The notes beneath the pieces are model-generated. The model searched no databases and was not told the origin of the DNA. It worked only from the letters and a program-made list of their open reading frames with translations. A DNA stretch of 64,000 nucleotides from Eledone cirrhosa (Eukaryota): NCBI GenBank assembly GCA_964016885.1, contig OZ024743.1:243908001-243972000 (forward strand), in the 5' to 3' direction. Below, piece after piece: positions 40,182 to 52,143 of the stretch. The position numbers and the translations under genes are program-made. Within the stretch, counting starts at the first letter, position 1, and each line of letters opens with the position of its first letter.

Positions 40182-40562
40182 CACTGAAATATCGTTGGTC
40201 ACTTCTTAAGCACTGTTGGTCACCACTGAAATATCGTTGGTCACTTCTTAAGCACTGTTGGTCACCACTGAAATATCGTTGGTCACTTCTTAAGCACTGT
40301 TGGTCACCACTGAAATATCGTTGGTCACTTCTTAAGCACTGTTGGTCACCACTGAAATATCGTTGGTCACTTCTTAAGCATTGTTGGTCACCACTGAAAT
40401 ATCGTTGGTCACTTCTTAAGCACTGTTGGTCACCACTGAAATATCGTTGGTCACTTCTTAAGCACTGTTGGTCACCACTGAAATATCGTTGGTCACCACT
40501 GAAATACCGTTGGTCACTACTGAAGCACTGTTGGTCACCACTGAAATACCGCTGGTCACCGC
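40182..40562. repeat. 42 bp minisatellite built of two 21 bp subunits
   Basis: CACTGAAATATCGTTGGTCAC + TTCTTAAGCACTGTTGGTCAC, about 9 units. Confidence 0.92.
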
Positions 40563-40964
40563 TGTTGGACACAGAAAAACATAACATACTGCCCTTACGT
40601 TTCACCGCATATTGGCCGTTCATAAAAAATAACGTACACTTCTGTCCACAAAAAGAATTATAAACAAACGCTAATTATATAAAATACAAAGTAGTACTCT
40701 AACTGACTTGTCTAATTTACATGCTGTGCCGAGGCATTCTTATTCAAATGATAAATATTTATGCTCAATACAATATATATCTCACATAAAATAGACTATT
40801 ACAGATAGTCCATGTTACGTGTAATAGAAAGTTACACATTACATGTGTTACGTATTATATGTGTTACACAATACCTGTGTTACACATTACATGTGTTACG
40901 TATTACATGTGTTACGTATTACAAACCAGATATGTTACACAAGACAGTTTATTACACGTAATAC

Positions 40965-41505
40965 ATTTAACGTGAAATACACTAATACGCACCATATATC
41001 TAACATCAGATATACCATTATACACAAATATTTAACGTGAAATAGATGTCAGATATACCATTATACACAAATATTTAACGTGAAATAGATGTCAGATATA
41101 CCATTATACACAAATATTTAACGTGAAATAGATGTCAGTTATAGACAAATATTTAATCTGAAATAGATGTCAGATATACCATTATACACAAATATTTAAC
41201 GTGAAATAGATGTCAGATATACCATTATACACAAATATTTAACGTGAAATAGATGTCTGTTATAGTCAAATATTTAATCTGAAATAGATATCAGATATAC
41301 CATTATACACAAATATTTAACGTGAAATAGATGTCAGATATACCATTATACACAAATATTTAACGTGAAATAGATGTCAGATATACCATTATACACAAAT
41401 ATTTAACGTGAAATAGATGTCAGATGGACCATTATACACGAAACATTAAACGTGAAATAGATGTCAGATAGACCATTATACACGAAACATTTAACGTGAA
41501 ATAGT
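40965..41505. repeat. 43 bp minisatellite
   Basis: CAGATATACCATTATACACAAATATTTAACGTGAAATAGATGT, with shorter variant units. Confidence 0.92.
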
Positions 41506-41784
41506 GTTATACACCATATATCTGTCGTCAGACAGACCTTTACACACCAGCTATGTTATATGTTATAGACTTATATATCGACTATTACTTACTAGATATG
41601 TTAGGTGAGACGAATTATTACATACAAGCCATCAAATATTTCGTAATCATAACCAAAATTGATTAAGCTAATTGAGATGAATTAGTGATTCTACTCTGAA
41701 ACTCACTAATAGAATATCATTCAGTTGCTAAGGAATGACTCCTACTCACTGTTATAAACAATTAGAACACACATCTATTATTTG

Positions 41785-42005
41785 CCTTCTGAGTTCAAAT
41801 CCCGCTCTGGACAATTTTACCTTTCAATCTTCCGAGGTGTGTAAAATAAAGTACTAGTCAAGTACTAGAAGCAATATTATCGACTATGCCCTTCTCCAAA
41901 TATGTTCTGAGTTCAAATCTCGCTAAGGCCAACTTTATTTTTCAAATGTGAAAGATTTACGCTCAAATGTGAAAGTTTTGTTGCCTATGTTAGAAATCAA
42001 TTATA
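41785..42005 (+). mobile_element. Meta-domain-like SINE fragments
   Basis: Two CTGAGTTCAAATC motifs with downstream core. Confidence 0.6.
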
Positions 42006-42529
42006 ACCATGTTATATAAATGAGCCTATTTACAGCTGGATAGACTGGTAAACATCAACGTGAAAAAAAATCATAAAAATTTCACCTTATTCACTTAATC
42101 AAAAGAAATTGATAATGTTATGTATAGTATTGCGTGTCATGCACTAATTGTCATCTAAGTGATATATTATGATGCATAATAATTCAACTATACGAACGTA
42201 GCAGTAACGTAAATTATCCTTCTCAACCTTTCGCTGTGAATATTATCGGAGGGTCCATCTCTGTTGGTGTATTGGCATTTCGTCCTATTTCATGGCATTT
42301 CGTGGTATTTCACATGTGTATTAATGTAAATGATAGTACAAATGAAACTTGATAGTGTTCAGTTTTATTACACTACATCCTAACCTTAACTATCACCAAA
42401 GAGAGGGGTTGCGTGTACCAGTGATATGCTGGGTAATTCAATAGAATATACTTCCTAACAGATTTTGATCTTGTGCCGAATACACATGTCTTCCCCTCTC
42501 CTCTTCCTCCCCCTCCTCCTACTACTACT

Positions 42530-42847
42530 GGTTTCTGATTTAGGCATAAGGCCAACAGGAGAGGAGAACGTCGATTAAATCGACCCCAGTATGTTACTGG
42601 TACTTTATATTAACCACCAAGTAAGGATGAAAGGCAAAGTTAACCTCGGCGGATTTTGAACTCAGAACTTAAAGGGCCATAACTCTAGAGTACTTTACGT
42701 TCTGAGTTCAAATCCCACCGAGGTTAGCTCTACCTTTCATCCTTACTTGGTGGTTAAAATAAAGGACCAGAAATACACTGGGGCCGATTTAATAGATTTT
42801 ACCCTCACCCCAAAATTACTGCCCTTGTGCCTATAGTAGAAACAAAA

Positions 42848-42850
<3 letters not shown>
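42530..42850. mobile_element. Head-to-head pair of Meta-domain-like SINEs; the + copy runs into (ATT)n
   Basis: - copy ~42530-42685, + copy ~42695-42850 ending CCCTTGTGCCTATAGTAGAAACAAAAATTATT. Confidence 0.75.
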
Positions 42851-42901
<51 letters not shown>

Positions 42902-44156
42902 GTTCTTTGAGTTTCAGTCATTGATGTTAGTTAACTGGAAAGTTTGTTGAAATGAATATCAAGCCACTACCTGCAGCCTCAGATATTCAGGACGTATCGG
43001 AGGGTTCTTGCTGTTCCCAGCAAGCATACCTTTTGAAGCGTTCCAAAAAGCGTGAAGGGGCCAATTTTCTTTAACCATCCCTGGAAACTTTTTGAGATAG
43101 TACCCAGTGCGCCTATGACAATCGGGACCACTTTGACTTCATGGCAGTTCCAAATCCTTTTTACCTCCCACTTTAAGTCCTGGTATCGGTTAATTTTCTC
43201 CCTCTCCTTCTCTTGCACTCTCGTGTCGAATGGGCAGGCCACATCCACAATCAGGCACGATCTTTTTTCTTTGTCCAAAACCACCAGGTCAGGCCTATTG
43301 TGTTCCAGTTTCTTGTCCGTCTGTATCCTAAAATCCCACAGCACCTTCACCTGATCGTTTTTTATCACCGACTCTGGCCTATGCTCATACCACTTCTCAG
43401 AATGAGGTAAATTGTTTACTTTGCATAGGTGCCAGTGGATCACCCTGCCCATCACATCAAGTCTCCAGCCGTTATAGTGAGTCTGGGCTAGGTGTTTACA
43501 CTCGGATACAATGTGAGCCACAGTCTCCTCTCTCTCTCCACAGATCCTACACAGTGGGCTAGCCTCCTCCTTGTAAATATGGTGTTTCAACCACTTCGTT
43601 TTGAGGGCCTGCTCTTGCGCAGCCATTAACATTCCTTCTGTAGCCTTTTTAAGGTCTCCTCTTTTCAACCAGTTCCATGTCTGTGGATCTCTGAATTCAG
43701 TTTTCTCAAAGAAGGTACTATGAAGGGATTTTTCCTGAAGGCTGCTCTTTCTCCTTGCTGTTATTTCCTCCTTGGAGATCCCCTGGTCTATGGTCCTCTC
43801 CTTCAGTACAGTTCTGAGCATTGGCTCCTTACTATCAGTCACGTATTTGTATAGGTTGTTTTTCTCCATCTGAACACAGTCCTCTATGCTGATAAGACCT
43901 CTTCCACCTTCAGATCTCTTTAAGTAGAGTCTATCGACATCACTCATCTTGTGGAACATGTTGTAGATAGTCAATAGCTTCCTAGTCTTCCTATCCATTT
44001 CTTTTTGTTCAGGAACATTCCATCTCAGAATTCCCGCACTGTACCTAATAATAGACACAGCTCGGGAATTTACTGCACTTATGGCATTCCTACTGATCAG
44101 ATGTGACTTTAATACGCTCCTTACTCTCCGAATGTATTCAGATCTTAACAATTCCT

Positions 44157-44158
<2 letters not shown>
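42902..44158 (-). mobile_element. R4/Dong-clade non-LTR retrotransposon, 5'-truncated, flanked by (TAA)n
   Basis: ORF 42979-44160 with GGRGL, AAQEQAL, CRICGEREETVAHIVSEC, RPDLVVLD..DVACP..EKINRYQDL (restriction-like endonuclease). Confidence 0.88.

Positions 44159-44160
<2 letters not shown>
42979..44160 (-). pseudogene. C-terminal RT thumb, CCHC and RLE domains of R4/Dong element
   Basis: Motifs above; the ATG is created at the microsatellite junction. Confidence 0.85.
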
Positions 44161-44227
<67 letters not shown>

Positions 44228-44437
44228 GGCGACCTACGTAGTAAATCGTATCATTGTGAGCTCCGCAAAGGTTTGTTATTTCCGTTTGTTAAAAATTGTC
44301 ATTTATGGAAAATTTTATTGTTAACTGTTTATAAGCGCACATACATTGTTTTCCGAAAAAGACACCCAAAAAGATTGGGGCCTTATGCCCAAAATTTAAA
44401 CTTTTATTATTATCAAAAATTTCTTTGAAAAAAAAAA

Positions 44438-46402
44438 ATGGCTAATTCACCTCTGCATCAAGCAGCTGAAAGCCTTCCTCACAAATTAACACCTCACACC
44501 GACACCACCATTGTAAATGTTACTACATTTGCCAACACAAAAAAAAAAATATAAGCAGTAGCAATATTTTAAATTTGTCTCAGGCAGACATTCATTTCCC
44601 GCCATTACCAATGACTGCAGGTGTTAAAGCCTCCACCACCACCACCACCACCACCACCACCGCGACAACCCCCACCCCCACCACCACCGCGACAACAGAA
44701 ACAAAAGAAGAAAAAAATAAATTAACTCGTGATGTCGAAATGAAATCAAGCAAAATGGACTCTTCCCCACCAAAGACGACTGACGTCACCACCACCACAA
44801 CTGAAACTAAAATTAATATTAACACAAATAACGATAGCAACAACAACAACAATGACATTATAAAACCGACCCTCAGTTTCGCCAGAGTAGCAAAACAGTT
44901 CGAAGCATTTACGGTAACTCAGGAGGATTTAGAAAATGCCAAACAAATGGTAAAGAAAGATGGGTACAGGGTCAGCCTCACCCCCCCACCTAATAAAATG
45001 GAGCATCGGCGCCTATGCACTGTGTCGTATAGAACAATAAATGTAAAATCGCGCCGAGTGGAACGGGCATCCGAGTCCCAAATCCAAAAAGCTTTGGGAC
45101 ATGTGTGGGCAAGAAAAACCCACATCAGACGTGGGCAAAAGTATGGAACCGTGGACGTGTTCTTTGAAACACCAGAGGAGGCTAGAGAACACTCCATGGC
45201 CCCATTAAGAAGTGACGACTTCACACTCGTCCCAAGCTATTGTGGCCAGAGACTCGTGAAGATCAGGGTGACCCACGTTCCACCGGCCATCGAAATTCCC
45301 TGGCTAATAGCGGCTGTCCTCGCCGGCATCGAAGCCAACACGAAAATAATAGCAATAGCAAAAGAAAAGCAGGAGAACTGGTCCGGATCTGGGATGGAGC
45401 TCCTGATCCAAGCGGACCAAAAAAGCATTGAGGAGATCCCAGAGGTAATAGACCTCACTGACGGCAGCCACCTCACGGTAATTGTCGAGGGCAGAAGACC
45501 TAGGTGTGTCGTTTGTGGTGAAGGAACCCACCTAAGGGCTTTCTGCCCTCAGGCTAAAAGGTTGAGGCCACCTCTCCTACCCACCCCAGTGACACAACCA
45601 TCAACACCACCAGTAGCAGAGATGGCAGCAACAACTGTAGCAGCAACAACAGAAGCAACTATAACAGCAACAACCCCGGCAACAGTAGCAAAACCAACAC
45701 CACCACTACCACCACTACCACCAGCAAAACCAACACCACCACCACCCAACGCTTCAGAACTAGCACCAGCGCCTACACCATCCACCACGCCACAACCAAA
45801 ACTAACGGCTGTGGAGGATTTTCCACTCCCCGGCCTATCACAACTGGAGACAGATTGTGACGACGAGGAGTGGGAAAAAAAAAGAAACCAAAAAAGAAAA
45901 AATTCTCTTCCTTCCCCCTCCAAAAACAAAATACAGAGGGAAACAAATAAATTAAGAAACAAAAAAGTTAGGACAGATATGCCACCATCCACACCAGCAT
46001 CACCAACCCCATCAACCCAAACACCAACACCACCACCATCATTAACCCCAACACCACCATCACCTACACCGCAAAAGTCACCAAAATGCGAAACAGAAAC
46101 AAACCCACAACAAACGCAAACAAAACAAAACAACCAAAACGATACACACTACACAGCATTAAATTTGAACAACAAGCAATTATTACACTACATCCAACAC
46201 AACACCAGCATCACAGAAAAAGACTACACAACAACCCCAAAATTCACACCACCTCCACACATACAAATCACTCGCATCACACAGAAAACGTACATGACAC
46301 TAAAACAAAAATTCCCCAAAGACATCAGAGACTTCCGACAAGCACTCTCCAGGAGGATTTATAAGGACATCCTTCCTGAGGAGGCCACACGCAGTGAAAA
46401 GG
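44438..46402 (+). pseudogene. Tx1 ORF1 of copy A (CCHC zinc knuckle, Pro/Thr-rich linker)
   Basis: Likely ATG at 44438 with frameshift in A-run ~44540; open 44575 onward; C-terminus lost by deletion. Confidence 0.8.
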
Positions 46403-49071
46403 CGTCTGGAGACCTTTCTTGGAACGTCCCGCTCTTTAGTGTTAGTGGGCGACTGGAACGGGATCTTAGATGCACGCTGGGATTGTGTGGGATTAGTGGA
46501 TAGGGAAGGAGGGTGCAAGAGTCTCACCAACCTGCTCAGACGTTTTGAACTGTCTGACAGGTACCGAATGGATTTCCCGAATGTACCAATGTGGACTTGG
46601 ATAAATCGCATAGCGTCATCCAGATCATATCTAGATAGAGTATTTTGTAGGGAAATAGATAGGTCTAGCATAGGCTGTCCACAATTCAAGATAGTCAGCT
46701 ACACGGACCACAAATTCGTGATCTGTGTGCTTGACTTAGATAGGCTTCATAGACGAGGACCCGGCTACTGGAAGCTAAACGCGTCCTTACCAGCGCGCAA
46801 GGCCTACAGAGACCGGATTAGCGAACTAGTTAAGCGGGCGTTGACGGGGGCCATCGTCAACAACAAGTGGTGGTTTGCTCTGAAAAGAGCAATTAGAATA
46901 GAGTCCATTAGGTTTAGTAAGACTTTAGCAATAGAGAAAAATAGAGCAGAGGGAGAATGCTACTCGATCCCGTGCAAATGTGTGAAGCTTTTCAGCGACA
47001 CTTCGCTCAACTGTTCGGGGGCAGTGGCGGACCGGATCGAGGGATGGACTTTAGTGTCTACCTCGACGGACTGCCGCGGCTTTCGGCCACTGAGGCGGAG
47101 TGTTGCGAAAAGCCGATAACAACCGCTGAAGTACGGGATGCAATGACTAGTTGCACAAGGGGTAAATCGCCTGGTTTGGATGGTCTGCCCTATGAACTTT
47201 ACGTACAAATGCCAAACTTGTTCGGAGGCCTCTTGGCGGACGTCTACTGCAACTGGCAACAGAACGGGAGAATTCCCAGCTCTGTGAGCCGAGGAGCGGT
47301 GGCGCTGCTGAGAAAGGATCCGAACAAGGGGGATAACATAGATAATTTTAGGCCCATAACTCTGAGGGTAGCTAGGGAACCTGGCACGGGTGGGTCCTTG
47401 ATCAATTTAGATCAGTCGAAAGCTTTCGATAGGGTCGACCATCGTTACCTAGCGGCAATCCTGAGGGCGGCTGGCTTTGGGCCCGTCTTCAGAGGCTGGA
47501 TCGCTGCCATGCACAGCGACATCTGCTCTGTAGTGAGAGTGAACGGTCACCTTTCGGAACCGTTCAACATCATGCGCTCGGTCCGCCAAGGATGTCCCCT
47601 CTCGTCCCTATTGTACGTATTGACTCTCGAGCCATTACTGCACAAACTGGAGACGTTGAGGGGGCTCCCGCGCGAACTAGGATGCGGAAGATCCGTGTCA
47701 GCATATGCCGACGATGTCACCGTAGTGGTGTCCAACGCCAAACACATCGAGGCGATCGGCACTACACTAAGAGAATACGAAGCGGTGACAGGAGCAATGA
47801 TCAACCAGAAAAAGTCAGTGGGCCTGCAGCTCGGCACCTGGAGAGGCAGGTCCATGCCGTCCAACAGCGTCGTCGGGCGCTGGACGGACGGACCGGTTAA
47901 ATTGCTAGGGGTCTGGTTCGGTCCAGACCTCCAGACGGACAAAAACTGGGACGAGGTGACGAGCAGGGTGGCTTCTCTCACCCAGAAATGGGCCGAGAGG
48001 AAGCTATCCCTGAAAGGTCGAGCGGAGGTGGCGAATGCGTACATCGCATCCGTCATCTACTACCGCCTGACCGTCGTACCTTGTCCTAAGCCCCGCCTGA
48101 CTGCGCTGGAGCGTTTGCTCTTTCGCTTCTTGTGGAAGGGACGCGCTCCGATGGTCAGGCGGTCCATCTACTGTCAACACCCGCTACGTGGAGGGCTGGG
48201 CATGCCGTGGCTGATGATGCGCAGACACGCGCTCAGGCTACGACATCTCCACCTCTTCCTCGACGGTGATCAGGTGTGGTCGCCGTTTGCTAGACACGTT
48301 TTTCCCCAGCTCGTCTCCTTGACGGAGCTGCAGTCCTGGGTCAAGCGAAGACCGAGAGGGAGCGCTTGGAGACTGGAATGTCTTCAGGCGCTCACAGCCC
48401 TCGACCAATCGGGCAATGTGATCGGTGGAAACTCCACCTTGGCGTTCTATAGGGGATTAGTGGAGGGGAAGAGCGACGACGTACTTGGGGAAACTCTAGG
48501 CGTCGACGAAAATCAACTAGCCAATCTCTTCGGAAGAACTTTCGGGCCAGGGCCTATGGACAACTTCCAGAAATCTCTGGCCTGGCAGTGCTACCGAGGA
48601 GCCTTGCCAGTTCGGGATAAACTCTACAGGCATGGAGGTGCCGTCAGCCGGGCATGTCCGAGATGCGCGCAGGGCGACGAAACCGTCCTGCACGCACTCG
48701 TCCAGTGTCCGAAAATTGCTGACTTGTGGGTTTATGTCGAACACCTGCTGTCGCGTTTAGGACGGATCCAGCTATCATCTGAGTCTATCGTGAGGATTGC
48801 CCCGCCCTCCTCCTTTAGCCGGGAAGGGCAGGCAGTTTTTATCTGTCTGGTGGCCATGGCGAAAGAGATAGTATGGTGGACACGTTTGAAAGGGCTGAAG
48901 ACGAGCACTTACCTCTTCGGTGATGCTCTGATTGACTTTTTCAAATTTCATTTGAAAAGGAAAATCAGAGTAGAGAAGGAAGTGCTCTCTTCCCAGCATT
49001 TTGTTGAAAGATGGGTGAGAGAAGCAAGAATGGCCCGAGTGAATGGGCCGACTCTGAGTATATATCTGTAA
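46403..49071 (+). pseudogene. Tx1 ORF2 of copy A, deleted and frameshifted
   Basis: ORFs 46394-47119 and 46957-49071; YADD present. Confidence 0.9.
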
Positions 49072-49333
49072 ACTAAAGGTGGAAAACTGGGAGAGGGCAC
49101 TTGCCTTGGTGGTCAGGGTCATTGTGGCTTTTTACTGGGCTTTCTCCACAAATGTCCCTCCGAAGTCTCCCCCCCCTATTGGGGAATTTTTCATTGTTAT
49201 TTTCATTGTTATTTTTGTTACATCCTCTGTTTTTGTTTTTTTACACGCAGAAATGCCCATTTGTACCGTCCTGCATTGTCCTGCACTGTCCTTAATGTCT
49301 ACTTTATGTAAACCCTTGTGGTTAATAAAGAAA

Positions 49334-49384
<51 letters not shown>

Positions 49385-49385
<1 letters not shown>

Positions 49386-51896
49386 AGCTGCATTTATCTT
49401 GCTTTATGTTCATACGAGTTATCACCAAGTCACAACCAGTGACCTCAAGAGACAACAAGGTCCGCCATGTTCAAGAAAGAACATACATACTCACACATGC
49501 ATCTTTAGTGTTTAGACTTGTGATGCACTTATATTGACAGAATCTTCCTTAGTATATGGGCAGTTCCCATTAGTACTATCTTTTGTATTTCTCCTATACG
49601 CGGGTTTCCTGGGATTTGCGATAAGTAATCATTAGACCCCTTAGGTATCATTCCTAGAGTGCCTACAACCACTGGTATTATTTTAGTTCTCAATTTCCAC
49701 ATTTTTCCAATTTCTATCTCCAGGTCCTTATCCTTGCTCAATTTTTCAAATGTTTTTATAGATACATTCTTGTCTATTGGAACAGACATATCAATTAGCA
49801 GGCATACCCTCTTTTTAAAGTCCTTCAATATTATATCAGGTCTATTTGCATCTATTTTTCGGTCTGTTTGGATGCTAAAGTTCCACAAGATTGAGATGTG
49901 ATCTTTTTCAAGTATGGGAGGTGGTTGATGCTCCCACCAATTCTTTTGATGGGGCAGGTCAAAATGCTTACACATTATCCAATGTATGTATTGTGCAGCT
50001 CTGTCATGCCTCTTTACGTATTCGGTTGGAGCTATAGGACTGCACATTGAAATTATATGGTCAATGGTCTCTGGTTGTTTTTTACATACACGGCATAATG
50101 GGCTGCATCCATTTTTTATTATGTTGGCTTGGTAACTTTTTGTTGGCAGACACTGATCTTGTGCTGATATAATCAGTCCTTCAGTCTCCGATTTCAGTCC
50201 AGAGGATGCCAACCACTGATGGGTTAAAGTTTTGTCAACATCAGGATTGTTAGCTCGTTCTGGGTATTTTCCATACAGAGGCTTTTCTTGCCATTTCTTA
50301 GCCAGTTTCTGTAGCAGTTCTTTCTTTGCAGTTACTTTTACCTGCTTTGCTTTTTCTGTGTTTTCCATTTCAGCAGTAAATGGGACTTCTGAAATTTGTA
50401 GTCCATTACTGTATCTTTGTACATCTTTTGTAATGGAGTATGATCTTTTGATGCTTTCGTGTTTCAAAACGAGTTTGATCATCCAATCATGTGATTCCCT
50501 TAGATATGTAGATAATCCAATTGTTGCAGTTTTCAACGCAATGTCTAACTGGATTAACCCACGTCCTCCTTCTTTCCTAGGGAGATATATTCTCTCTATA
50601 TCTGCCTTAGGGTGATGCATTCTGTGCGTGGTTAAGAATTTTCGAATTTTTGTATCGAGCCTACGGATCTCTGTGCTTGACCAGTTGATGACATTGTAAC
50701 TGTAGGTTACTACTGGTATGGCAAGCGTGTTTATGGCATCGATCCTATTCCTTGCATTCAATTCCGTTCTTAAGATTGCTCTTACTCTGCGGTAACATTC
50801 CTTCCTTATCCTTTCCCTCATTGTGGAGTGCTTGATTCCGTTTCCTTCACAAACACCTAGATATTTGTAAGTTTTTTCTTGATCAAGTTCTCTTATCACG
50901 TTCCCCCGATCAAGATTAATGTCTGAACTCTTCAGCAGCTTTTTCTGGTGAACGTTGCTTTGGCGCATTTATCTAGTCCAAACTCCATTTTAATGTCATC
51001 ACTGAACTGCTTCACAGTGGATAATAGCCCTTGCAATTGTTCATCATTTTTTGCAAATAGTTTCAGGTCATCCATGTAGAACAGGTGATTAATGATTTTG
51101 TCATAGACTTTATATCCATGTTTTGTTTCATTGAGCATTTTACTTAATGGTATAAGTGCGATGCAGAATAAAAGCGGTGATAAAGAGTCACCCTGAAAAA
51201 TTCCACAATTAATATTAACTTCTCCAGCTTCCAGTGATTTTGTTTCACTATTCAAAAGGAGTGTCGTTTTCCATGTCTTCATACTGAATGACAAAAACCT
51301 CCTGACAACGGGGGATACTTTGAAAATCTCTAAACATTTTTCAATCCAACTGTGTGGCAAACTATCGAATGCTTTTTTATAATCTATCCAAGCAATCGAT
51401 AGATTTTTGTGTCTCTTATGACAATCTTCCAGTATCATTTTGTTAACCAGAAGCTGATCCTTACAGCCATATGAGCCTCGTTTACATCCTTTCTGCTCAA
51501 TGGGAAATAGGTCATTTGTTATCAGGTGGTCATATGTGTATTCAGTTAGGACTGATGTTAATATGTTATACATTGTGGTCAAGCAAGTTATCGGTCTGTA
51601 ATTTTTGGGATTGTTTGTCTCATCATTCTTCGGAAGCAGGAATGTAATACCGTTAACTAGCCATGAAGGTATCTTTTCTGGCTCCTTAACTATTTCATTG
51701 TAAAGTTGGGCTAACAGCTCATGAGACTCTGTGAAGGCATTTATCCAAAAGTTTTGTATTTTGTCTTTTCCTGGGGATTTCTATTTGCTGGTTTTTCTTA
51801 GAGCCAAGCGCAACTGTTTAACTGTTATATTTTCCCATGTTTGTTCCTCAAGGTGAGCTGTATCTTTCATTTGTCTGTCTATCCATGGGGCATGTA

Positions 51897-51899
<3 letters not shown>
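49385..51899 (-). mobile_element. Second R4/Dong-clade element (different family), 5'-truncated, flanked by (TAA)n
   Basis: YRPITCL, EQKGC, WIDYKKAFDS, GIFQGDSLSP, FYMDDLKL, CRVC..ETIDHIISMC, RPDIILKD..DMSVP; frameshift ~50940, stop ~51781. Confidence 0.9.
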
Positions 51900-51927
<28 letters not shown>

Positions 51928-52143
51928 GAATGCCATGGTTGACGGAGGCTCGGCTCTGTAAGGTATAGTAATTTTTAACCGTTAAAACAATTGTAAATTG
52001 TTTAAAACTTGAACCAAATTGTTGATAAAGACACCCTCCTCCTCGTGAGAGGGGTCTTTCTGTCCGTTATTTGGCCCTTCGGGGTTAAATAACCAGTTAT
52101 TGGGGTTTTGTACCCAAAATTTCATTTTAAACAAAAAAACAAC

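Larger units (their letters stand above)
44228..49335 (+). mobile_element. Tx1-clade LINE copy A, both ends present, three internal deletions
   Basis: Starts GGCGACCTACG after (ATT)n; ends AATAAAGAAATC(ATT)n; ORF1 with CVVCGEGTHLRAFC; ORF2 nearly identical to copy B apart from deletions. Confidence 0.93.

Noticed and set aside
40182-41505. CRISPR-like appearance of 42 bp and 43 bp arrays
   Set aside because: Units are contiguous tandem repeats without unique spacers; no cas genes; eukaryotic context
46402-47365. Copy A deletions as spliced introns
   Set aside because: Deleted segments lack GT...AG boundaries
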